A stretch of 48,604 nt of DNA from an uncultured Candidatus Saccharibacteria bacterium (GTDB taxonomy: Bacteria > Patescibacteriota > Dojkabacteria > SC72), in contig CAZGKK010000001.1 of assembly GCA_964526165.1 (NCBI GenBank), forward strand, positions 1-48,604, given 5' to 3'. Position 1 is the first letter of the stretch; each line of letters opens with the position of its first letter. This document shows positions 27,723 to 35,112 of the stretch, piece by piece. The notes beneath the pieces are model-generated. The model saw only the letters and a program-made list of their open reading frames with translations, did not search any database and had not been told where the DNA came from. The translations under genes were made by a program, and so were the position numbers.

Positions 27723-28774
27723 TGATTAAGAAAATTAAGCTCATAAATTTTAGAAGGTTTGAAAGCTTTGAAATAAATATTGAGAAAGATATCATAGTTT
27801 TTCATGGTGACAATGCCGTAGGAAAAAGTACAATATTAGAAGCTATCTATGTTCTTTCAAATGGGAAATCTCCCTGGGCAACATCTGATGAGTATATACT
27901 TACAGAACAGTCCGAAGAAGACAAATACTGCAGAATTGAAATTACTACAAAGGAAGATGAAGAAAAAGTCTACTCATACTACAAAACTCCAAATAGAAGA
28001 ATATTAAAAATTAATGAAAAAAATGTTCCTTTAAACAGATTTTTCGCAGAGAATGCTGCAACGATATTCAATCCAGAAAAAATTGAAATACTGATGATAT
28101 CACCAAGTAAAAGAAGAGAATTCTTAGACGAAATTCTTTCTACCTTAGACTATGAATATGTTGAGATAATGAAACGGTTTCGAAAAGTACTTAAACAGAG
28201 AAATGCATATCTAAAAAAATTAGCAAAACAATTCTACGAGAGAGGAGTAATCGCTAGAAATGATCCTCAGCTCGTTTTCTGGACAAGAGAATTTTTGAAA
28301 GAAGCGAATAGAATTCAAGCGATGAGAAAAAGTTTGTCCGAAAAACTTAAAACTAAAGATTTGAAAATAGAATATATCAAATCAAATGGAGAGATTGCAT
28401 TGGAAGATTCCCTTGAGAATTCAACTAAAAGAGATATCGCAACAGGATACACAAATGTTGGTCCACACAGAGATGACTGGCAATTAATAAACGGAAAAGA
28501 TATTAAGAAATATGGATCAAGAGGAGAAAAAAGACTTTCTATTGGGAAACTAATATTCGAAACTCAGAAAATTATGAAGAGGGAACTTGGATACTACCCT
28601 ATTCTTCTACTTGATGATATAGCTTCTGAGCTGGATGAGAAAAACACAGCGAGCATTTTTGATCCAAAAATATTAAACAAACAACAAACCTTTATAACTA
28701 TCATTAATTACAAGAATCTTCCAAAAGATGTTTTAGAAAAAGCGCAATTAATTGATTTGAATCAATTAGATTAA
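27722..28774 (+). CDS. recF: DNA replication and repair protein RecF
   Basis: 350 aa. Walker A GDNAVGKSTILEAI, the GPHRDD motif and Walker B LLLDDIASELD. Start overlaps the lepA stop by 1 nt. Confidence 0.85.
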   Translation: MIKKIKLINFRRFESFEINIEKDIIVFHGDNAVGKSTILEAIYVLSNGKSPWATSDEYILTEQSEEDKYCRIEITTKEDEEKVYSYYKTPNRRILKINEKNVPLNRFFAENAATIFNPEKIEILMISPSKRREFLDEILSTLDYEYVEIMKRFRKVLKQRNAYLKKLAKQFYERGVIARNDPQLVFWTREFLKEANRIQAMRKSLSEKLKTKDLKIEYIKSNGEIALEDSLENSTKRDIATGYTNVGPHRDDWQLINGKDIKKYGSRGEKRLSIGKLIFETQKIMKRELGYYPILLLDDIASELDEKNTASIFDPKILNKQQTFITIINYKNLPKDVLEKAQLIDLNQLD

Positions 28775-29548
28775 CTTTAAGGTGTCCGAATACTCCTCAA
28801 TTTTTTTTGCTTTAAAGTCCTTAGGGAAAAATTCTATCTTCCCGATTTTAGAATTCCTCCTTAATCTTCTTATTTCAGGTTTGTGATTACTCAAGATCAT
28901 GAAAAGGACTTGAGAAAAGTAAAACATTTTATCTAATATTAGGAAAATTAGATTTGAACTTTTCTGAGGTTCGATATCTGTCTTCAATAAATCTTTCCTA
29001 ACACCATATTTATGGATTAACCATTTGTTCTCAAAGTATATGTAATGAAGATAATCGTTATTATATATTGGCTTCATGAACATCAGCTCATGAAAGTTAA
29101 AGATATCATCCTCAAGATGCAAGCCTCTCTCTTCAGAAACAAAATTCAAGCAAATCTTATCCTTAGATTCTCTATGTCTTTTGGCCCGAATTTTATTATG
29201 AAATAAATTTTTAATAGATACTACTCCCCTGTAAAGCCACATACTGTTGTTTTTCACAACCACATATACATCAATATCATCCTCTTCTCTTGCAAAACCT
29301 GCCCCAACCGAACCCGTTACAGCAATGAATTTAACTAAGTTTAAGGCTAGGAGTGAGGAAATATTTTGTTTGGCAATATCAAGTTTTTTTTCAACAAATT
29401 TATTTCTATTCCTCTTCGGAATATTTTTACTCATTTCAGCCTCATTTTTCTTAAGGTACCTATTCCCCCATATCCTCACAATATCGTCTTTTGAAAGGGA
29501 TAAATTCATTAAAGAACGGAATTTTTTTAATTGGATATATTTTTCCAC
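28766..29548 (-). CDS. Pol-beta-superfamily nucleotidyltransferase-domain protein, function unknown
   Basis: 260 aa. AVTGSVGAGFAREEDDIDVYVV fits the GS...DxD minimal NTase motif. The remainder is helical with no recognised domain. Confidence 0.5.
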   Translation of the reverse strand: MEKYIQLKKFRSLMNLSLSKDDIVRIWGNRYLKKNEAEMSKNIPKRNRNKFVEKKLDIAKQNISSLLALNLVKFIAVTGSVGAGFAREEDDIDVYVVVKNNSMWLYRGVVSIKNLFHNKIRAKRHRESKDKICLNFVSEERGLHLEDDIFNFHELMFMKPIYNNDYLHYIYFENKWLIHKYGVRKDLLKTDIEPQKSSNLIFLILDKMFYFSQVLFMILSNHKPEIRRLRRNSKIGKIEFFPKDFKAKKIEEYSDTLKLI

Positions 29549-29627
29549 TCTCTATTATATATTATTTGTCATGAGTACTAATAATATCTTTAATTATCTG
29601 TTAAACTGTAGTATATAATTACTGCCT

Positions 29628-30458
29628 ATGAAGCAACACGCAATACCTCAAAATGTATTAGATGTAGAGTTCAAGCTTTTTACTAAGTTTACACTTAAAG
29701 AATTTGCCTATTTAGCTATTGGTGTTGGTTTAGGAGGCTTAATACTCTACCTAACAGTAGGTGGACACATCCCTGGACTAATAGGTATTCCCTTTTTCAT
29801 TCTCTCATCTTTAGCAGGAATCTTCCTTTCTTTGGTTCCAATTAATGACCAACCTGCTGACAAATTTATACAAAACTACATCAAAGCCATTACAAGTCCA
29901 ACGCAAAGAGCATGGATTAGTAAAAAAGACCCTCAAAATCGTGCAAAACCGGGGGTCAAACCTTCGGAGGATGGAAAGTTGATTGCTAAAGATTCAAAAG
30001 AGAAAAAAAAGAGAATCATAGGAGCTCAACCAGTAAAACCTACATTTGAAGAGCCTGTTTCAATAATCCAAGAAGAGATTGATAAGGAGCTGGATGCACT
30101 GGAAAATTCTGAACCAAAAAGTTTCAACCCTTCTAATATATTTATAACTGAAGACAATATCTCTCAGTATCAATTTAACGCCAAGGGTTTTGAAAATCTG
30201 CCTGGCAATATTAATCTTTGGCTTTGTACAAAAGAATTTAAACCCATATCTAACATTGTAGCCTCATTGAAAGATGAAAAAGGGAATTTACTTTACGCAA
30301 ACAAGACCGGAAGTAATGGATATTTCTTAACTAATAAAAAATGGAGTCCCGGAAGATATTCAGTTGAATTCTCAAGTGAAGAATTCAATATACCAACTGT
30401 AAGCATATTCTTAAGTGGGAAAGAGAATAATTTGCCAATTAAAATAACAGCAATTTAA
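29628..30458 (+). CDS. PrgI-like (VirB3-type) membrane protein with C-terminal beta-sandwich extension
   Basis: 276 aa. IPQNVLDVEFKLFTKFTLKEFAYLAIGVG, two TM helices and QPADKFIQNYIKAITSPTQRAW match the PrgI-family layout. The tail (GNLLYANKTGSNGYFLTNKKWSPGRYSVEF) looks like a carboxypeptidase-regulatory-like fold. Confidence 0.6.
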   Translation: MKQHAIPQNVLDVEFKLFTKFTLKEFAYLAIGVGLGGLILYLTVGGHIPGLIGIPFFILSSLAGIFLSLVPINDQPADKFIQNYIKAITSPTQRAWISKKDPQNRAKPGVKPSEDGKLIAKDSKEKKKRIIGAQPVKPTFEEPVSIIQEEIDKELDALENSEPKSFNPSNIFITEDNISQYQFNAKGFENLPGNINLWLCTKEFKPISNIVASLKDEKGNLLYANKTGSNGYFLTNKKWSPGRYSVEFSSEEFNIPTVSIFLSGKENNLPIKITAI

Positions 30459-30459
30459 T

Positions 30460-31098
30460 ATGGATAGAAATGCAAGAGCAAGAGCGACAGCTTCAACACA
30501 GGATCATATTGCTATCAGAGATATTAGAGATGATTTAATCATCAACAGAAATGGGAGTGTGGCAATGGTAATACAAACTTCTGCCATTAACTTTGACTTA
30601 CTTGCAGAATATGAACAAGACAATAAAATCCTAGCATTTGCAGGACTTTTGAATTCTTTGAACTTCAGAATTCAAATTATGATTAGGACTAAAAGAATTG
30701 ATATTACAAACTACATTACATATCTTCAAGCACAAGAGAAACAGGCTATGAGTGAAGGTCTTAAAAAACAACTTCAAATCTATACCAAATTTGTAAAGAA
30801 TTTAATAGTTCAAAACGATGTTTTAGACAAAAGTTTCTTCATTGTAGTACCTTATCATACAGGCTCCATTGTACCAAACACCTCAATTCTTAAAGGAAAA
30901 CAAACTAAAGAGGAGGAACAAAAGAACCAAAACGTACAAACAGAACAATTAGTTGAGAAAGCAAAAATATTCCTCTATCCTAAAAGAGATCATATTCTTA
31001 AGCAATTAGGAAGAATGGGCCTATTTGGACATCAATTAACAACAAAGGAGTTAATTACCGAATTTTACACTGTATATAATCCAGAGGAAGAATCATAA
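30460..31098 (+). CDS. Hypothetical protein of the PrgI/VirB4 operon
   Basis: 212 aa, soluble, translationally coupled on both sides. IAIRDIRDDLIINRNGSVAMVIQTSAINFDLLAEYEQ loosely resembles the start of VirB4/TraC N-domains (weak, by eye). Confidence 0.45.
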   Translation: MDRNARARATASTQDHIAIRDIRDDLIINRNGSVAMVIQTSAINFDLLAEYEQDNKILAFAGLLNSLNFRIQIMIRTKRIDITNYITYLQAQEKQAMSEGLKKQLQIYTKFVKNLIVQNDVLDKSFFIVVPYHTGSIVPNTSILKGKQTKEEEQKNQNVQTEQLVEKAKIFLYPKRDHILKQLGRMGLFGHQLTTKELITEFYTVYNPEEES

Positions 31099-33536
31099 TG
31101 GATAACGAGATAACTAAAAATATAAATAAGATTGAGAGCAAAACAAATGTCTTACTTGAAGAAAAGGCTTCACAACTACATTCTTTTGATCAAAGGTACT
31201 CTACTTTTAAAGAGAATGTGAAGGTAGAACCCCCTAAACCCAAAAAAGAAGTGCCTTTAGTGGAAAAATTTGCAGACCCTAACGAGGAAGCAGAAAAAAA
31301 CAAAAAGATTAATCCCTTGTTTAAAATTCTTGATAATCTGAAAGGCAAGAAAACAACAAAGAGTGTCAAGGATGAGGGGCCACAAGAGGTTATCACAGAA
31401 GAACCAATTAATATTGGAGAAACTCTTGGAGTAGATTCAAATATGCACGTAGAAGATTTATTAGCTCCAATAGATATGGAAGTCGATTTTAATCACCTAG
31501 AGATGGGGGGATACTTTTTTAGAACTCTCTTTGTAAGTGGATACCCTCGTTTTGTTGGTCCTAACTGGCTTTCACCAATAATCAATTTTGAACATTCCTT
31601 AAGGATAAGTACTTTCTATTACCCTGTTGACTCAAAAAGTATTCTTGACAAATTAAGAAAAAAAATCGGAGAGATGGAGGCTACTCTTTACACACAGATG
31701 GAAGACAGGAAGGTCATTGACCCAACTCTTAAGGTTGCATTGTCCGATGCTCAAATGCTTCAAGATTCAATAGCAGAAGGCACCGAAAAATTCTTCCATT
31801 TCTCCATGTACATTACTCTTTATGCAAAGGATAAAGATCAGTTGGAAAAAATATCTAGAAATGTAATCTCAACCTTCGCTGCTATTAATGCCACAGCCAA
31901 ACCAGCAACTCTTCAACAGGAGGATGCCTTTTTGAGTACACAACCAAGAGGAATTGACAACCTATACATCACAAGAAATATGGATACTACTTCCTTGGCT
32001 ACGACATTTCCTTTTGTAACATCAGAATTAACTATGGATCATGGAATTATGTATGGATTAAATATGCACAACAAAAGTTTAGTAGTATTTGACCGTTTTG
32101 AATTAGAAAACGCTAACTCCGTAATATTCGCAAAGTCAGGAGCAGGTAAAAGTTACTTTGTTAAACTCGAAGCCATAAGAAGTTTAATGCTTGGAACAGA
32201 AATAATTATAATCGACCCTGAAAGAGAATATGATAATCTGGCAAAAGCTGTAAATGGGGCATATATCTCATTCTCCCAAGACAAAGGACACAAGATGAAT
32301 CCCTTTGAACTTTCTGGAGTAACAGAAGAGGGAGATGATGAATTAAGAATGAAACTGCTAGCACTTCACGGATTTTTTAAAGTCTTATTTGATGAAGTTA
32401 CTAATATTGAAGAATCAATCCTTGATAGGGCACTAATTCTTACCTATCGAGAAAAAGGAATAACTTTTGACCCAATAACCCAAACAAAACCTGCTCCTCT
32501 ACTTGAAGACTTATACAAAGTATTGAAGGGTATGGCGGAGACAGAAGCCCATGGATTAGCACGAAGATTAGAAAAATACATAATTGGAAGTGGAGCTGGA
32601 GTATTTAATGAGGCTAGTAATTTTGAAATAAACAATCCATTTACAGTCTTTAGTGTTAGAGATCTTCAAGAAGAACTGAAACCATTAGCTATGTACCTTA
32701 TGCTTGATTTCATTTGGACAAGAATTAGAAAAGATAAAAGAAGGAGAATATTAATTGTTGATGAAGCATGGTATATGATGCAATCAGAAGATTCTGCTAA
32801 ATTTATGTATTCTATTGCTAAAAGAGCAAGAAAATACTATTTGGGTCTTTCAACAATAACCCAAGATGTTGCTGACTTCTTAGGTAATGAAATGGGCCGT
32901 GCAATTATCTCAAACTCATCTGTTCAAGTTCTAATGAAACAGAGCCCGTCCGCTGTTGATTTACTACAAAAAGTTTTTAATTTATCAGATGGAGAAAGAA
33001 ACTACCTCCTTAACTGTGACAAAGGACAAGGTCTGTTCTTTGCTGGTCAAAATCATGTAGGGATACAAGTTCTTTCAAGCGTTGCAGAGCATGAGATTAT
33101 TACCTCCGACCCTAGAGACTTGGAGAAATTAAAACTCAGAGAAGGAGTAACCGATACAAGAACAATCGAGGAACTTGCTCAAATATTTGATCCTCCAGCA
33201 GTTCAACAACCAATGAGAGATGGTAACAATAGCAGAGAAAGTGAAATAATTACTGGAGCAATTGAAAAAAAGGAAAAACAAAGGCTTCTTCTTCAAGATG
33301 AGAGAATCCAATATCAAGAAGAACTTGAGAAAAGGCTTGCAGAGCAAGAAAAAATCATTAATCCAGACAAATACAAGAATCAAGATACTTTCATTGACCA
33401 ATTAAATCAACAAACACTTACCGGACAGGTCCTTTCATCTAGAAAAGGTATTCAACGAGATAGAAAGCATTTAACACCTCAGGGAGTTGTGGAAAGTTAC
33501 CCTGAAGAAAGTAACGAGAACAATGAGTCTATTTAG
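31098..33536 (+). CDS. VirB4/TraC-like type IV secretion ATPase
   Basis: 812 aa. VirB4-type N-domain (GGYFFRTLFVSGYPRFVGPNWL), Walker A FAKSGAGKSYFVK, Walker B RRILIVDEAWYMM, LSTITQDVADF and GQGLFFAG motifs, and a charged coiled C-terminal extension. Confidence 0.8.
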   Translation: MDNEITKNINKIESKTNVLLEEKASQLHSFDQRYSTFKENVKVEPPKPKKEVPLVEKFADPNEEAEKNKKINPLFKILDNLKGKKTTKSVKDEGPQEVITEEPINIGETLGVDSNMHVEDLLAPIDMEVDFNHLEMGGYFFRTLFVSGYPRFVGPNWLSPIINFEHSLRISTFYYPVDSKSILDKLRKKIGEMEATLYTQMEDRKVIDPTLKVALSDAQMLQDSIAEGTEKFFHFSMYITLYAKDKDQLEKISRNVISTFAAINATAKPATLQQEDAFLSTQPRGIDNLYITRNMDTTSLATTFPFVTSELTMDHGIMYGLNMHNKSLVVFDRFELENANSVIFAKSGAGKSYFVKLEAIRSLMLGTEIIIIDPEREYDNLAKAVNGAYISFSQDKGHKMNPFELSGVTEEGDDELRMKLLALHGFFKVLFDEVTNIEESILDRALILTYREKGITFDPITQTKPAPLLEDLYKVLKGMAETEAHGLARRLEKYIIGSGAGVFNEASNFEINNPFTVFSVRDLQEELKPLAMYLMLDFIWTRIRKDKRRRILIVDEAWYMMQSEDSAKFMYSIAKRARKYYLGLSTITQDVADFLGNEMGRAIISNSSVQVLMKQSPSAVDLLQKVFNLSDGERNYLLNCDKGQGLFFAGQNHVGIQVLSSVAEHEIITSDPRDLEKLKLREGVTDTRTIEELAQIFDPPAVQQPMRDGNNSRESEIITGAIEKKEKQRLLLQDERIQYQEELEKRLAEQEKIINPDKYKNQDTFIDQLNQQTLTGQVLSSRKGIQRDRKHLTPQGVVESYPEESNENNESI

Positions 33537-33774
33537 TAAAAATGATAAAAAAGAAGAACCAGTAACACCGATTAGAGAAGAATTATATCTTGTAACAAAA
33601 GCTGTAGATACTACTACACTGCCAAAGGATATTTTATCTTCTGATTTCGAACAGTTAACTAAAGCAGAAGAAAAAAACAAATACAGAACTAATATCGCAA
33701 AATCTATTAGGAATCCTCAAATCTCCAGAGCCGTATCTGCTTTAAAATTAAGAAATCCTTTTAAGGGTGTTTAA
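33523..33774 (+). CDS. Small hydrophilic hypothetical protein (last gene of the operon)
   Basis: 83 aa from the ATG at 33523 (the track start at 33487 is TTG). Overlaps the VirB4-like stop by 14 nt. No motifs. Confidence 0.35.
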   Translation: MSLFSKNDKKEEPVTPIREELYLVTKAVDTTTLPKDILSSDFEQLTKAEEKNKYRTNIAKSIRNPQISRAVSALKLRNPFKGV

Positions 33775-34961
33775 CTCAAAGGTCCCTGATCTACATTAAT
33801 AAATTCTGAGAGATTATCTCTTGTTATCATTATCGGTGTAGGAATACCTTCCACTATTTTTCTTGCTGCACTTCTAATTATTGTTCCAATGTTTCTTTCT
33901 AATTGTCTAATACCAGCATCAAAACCAACGGGTCTAATTACTGAAATCCATACATCGTCTGCAATATTGATTTGGTCTGTAGTTAAATTGTACTCTTCCA
34001 AAACCTCAGGAAGGATATATTGTTTTGCAATTACTTCTTTTTCTCCATCTGAATAACTAGTAAATCTGATAACCTCCACTCTATCCAACAATGCTGCTGA
34101 AAGACCCCCCAGGTTGTTTGCAGTACATATGAACATAACCTTTGATAAATCAATTGGATGATCAATATAGTGATCAACAAAAGAAGCATTCTGCTCTGGA
34201 TCTAATACTTCAAGAAGCGTTGCCATTACATCGTTTAGTAGACCTGCATTTCCACTAGATTTCTCGATTTCATCTAAAAGAATTACGGGATTCATCGTAC
34301 CACATCGAATTAAGGATTTTACAATTTGTCCTGGTTCTCCATCTAAGGAATATCTTGGGGTACCCCTCAGAGTTCTTACATCACCTATTGCACCTAAAGA
34401 TACTCTAGCAAACTTCCTGTTTAATGAATTCGCGATTGATTTGGCGATACTAGTTTTACCTACACCTTGTAATCCTAAAAAGAGAAACACAGGGGTTGAA
34501 ACATGATGTACCGTGTTTACCTTTGGAAGTTCTCTTTGGAGTAAATCTACATCGTTTTGCATTTGGAGCTGCGTTGGGATACTTTCTCTGGAGAGATTAT
34601 TTCCATGCTTAAGCTGCATTGATGCTAGGTAATCAAGAATAAGATTTTTTACAGATTCCATACCATGATGGCTTGAATCCATTATTTTTTTAGCTTCTGA
34701 GATATCTAGACTATCTTCTGAATATGTTGTCCAAGGGATTCTTACTATCCAGTCAATATATTTACTAACAGTCTCGAACTCATTACTGTATCCACCCATT
34801 CGAACCATCCTTTTTAAACGATTGATTGACTGAATACATTCCCCCTTTAAAGTATGCGGGGCTGACGAAGCGAGTAATTTGTTTTCTAAAGTAAGTATCT
34901 CGCTAACACTCTCATCAACTGCTGTATCTACTAAATTGTTGTTTTGAAAATCCATATACAT
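33771..34961 (-). CDS. Lon-family AAA+ ATPase module without protease domain
   Basis: 396 aa. YIDWIVRIPW, Walker A GLQGVGKTSIAKSIA, Walker B VILLDEIEK, LLEVLDPEQNASFVDHYIDHPIDLSKVMFICTAN, LLDRVEVIRF and GIRQLERNI are near-canonical Lon AAA+ motifs. The ORF stops where the Ser-Lys protease domain normally begins. Confidence 0.8.
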   Translation of the reverse strand: MYMDFQNNNLVDTAVDESVSEILTLENKLLASSAPHTLKGECIQSINRLKRMVRMGGYSNEFETVSKYIDWIVRIPWTTYSEDSLDISEAKKIMDSSHHGMESVKNLILDYLASMQLKHGNNLSRESIPTQLQMQNDVDLLQRELPKVNTVHHVSTPVFLFLGLQGVGKTSIAKSIANSLNRKFARVSLGAIGDVRTLRGTPRYSLDGEPGQIVKSLIRCGTMNPVILLDEIEKSSGNAGLLNDVMATLLEVLDPEQNASFVDHYIDHPIDLSKVMFICTANNLGGLSAALLDRVEVIRFTSYSDGEKEVIAKQYILPEVLEEYNLTTDQINIADDVWISVIRPVGFDAGIRQLERNIGTIIRSAARKIVEGIPTPIMITRDNLSEFINVDQGPLS

Positions 34962-35054
34962 ATTAAGTGTATATACTAGTAAAAATTAAGTCAACGATTA
35001 CAAAAAAAATGATTGATTCTTCCTATTAAATAGGAATTTTTAGACGTTACTACT

Positions 35055-35083
35055 TTGACATCACTTCAATACCATGATAATCT
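35055..35083 (+). promoter_or_regulatory. Sigma70-like promoter for the 35113 gene
   Basis: TTGACA (35055-35060), 17-nt spacer, TAATCT (35078-35083). Preceded by the hairpin TTCCTAT-taa-ATAGGAA plus TTTTT at 35020-35041. Confidence 0.45.
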
Positions 35084-35112
35084 TTTATTAGATAATTTAA
35101 ACTGCCTTTTAA

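Noticed and set aside
29628-34961. T4SS-like block considered as an integrative conjugative element or prophage remnant.
   Set aside because: No integrase, relaxase, coupling protein, replication genes, flanking direct repeats or tRNA. By eye the composition matches the surrounding housekeeping genes.
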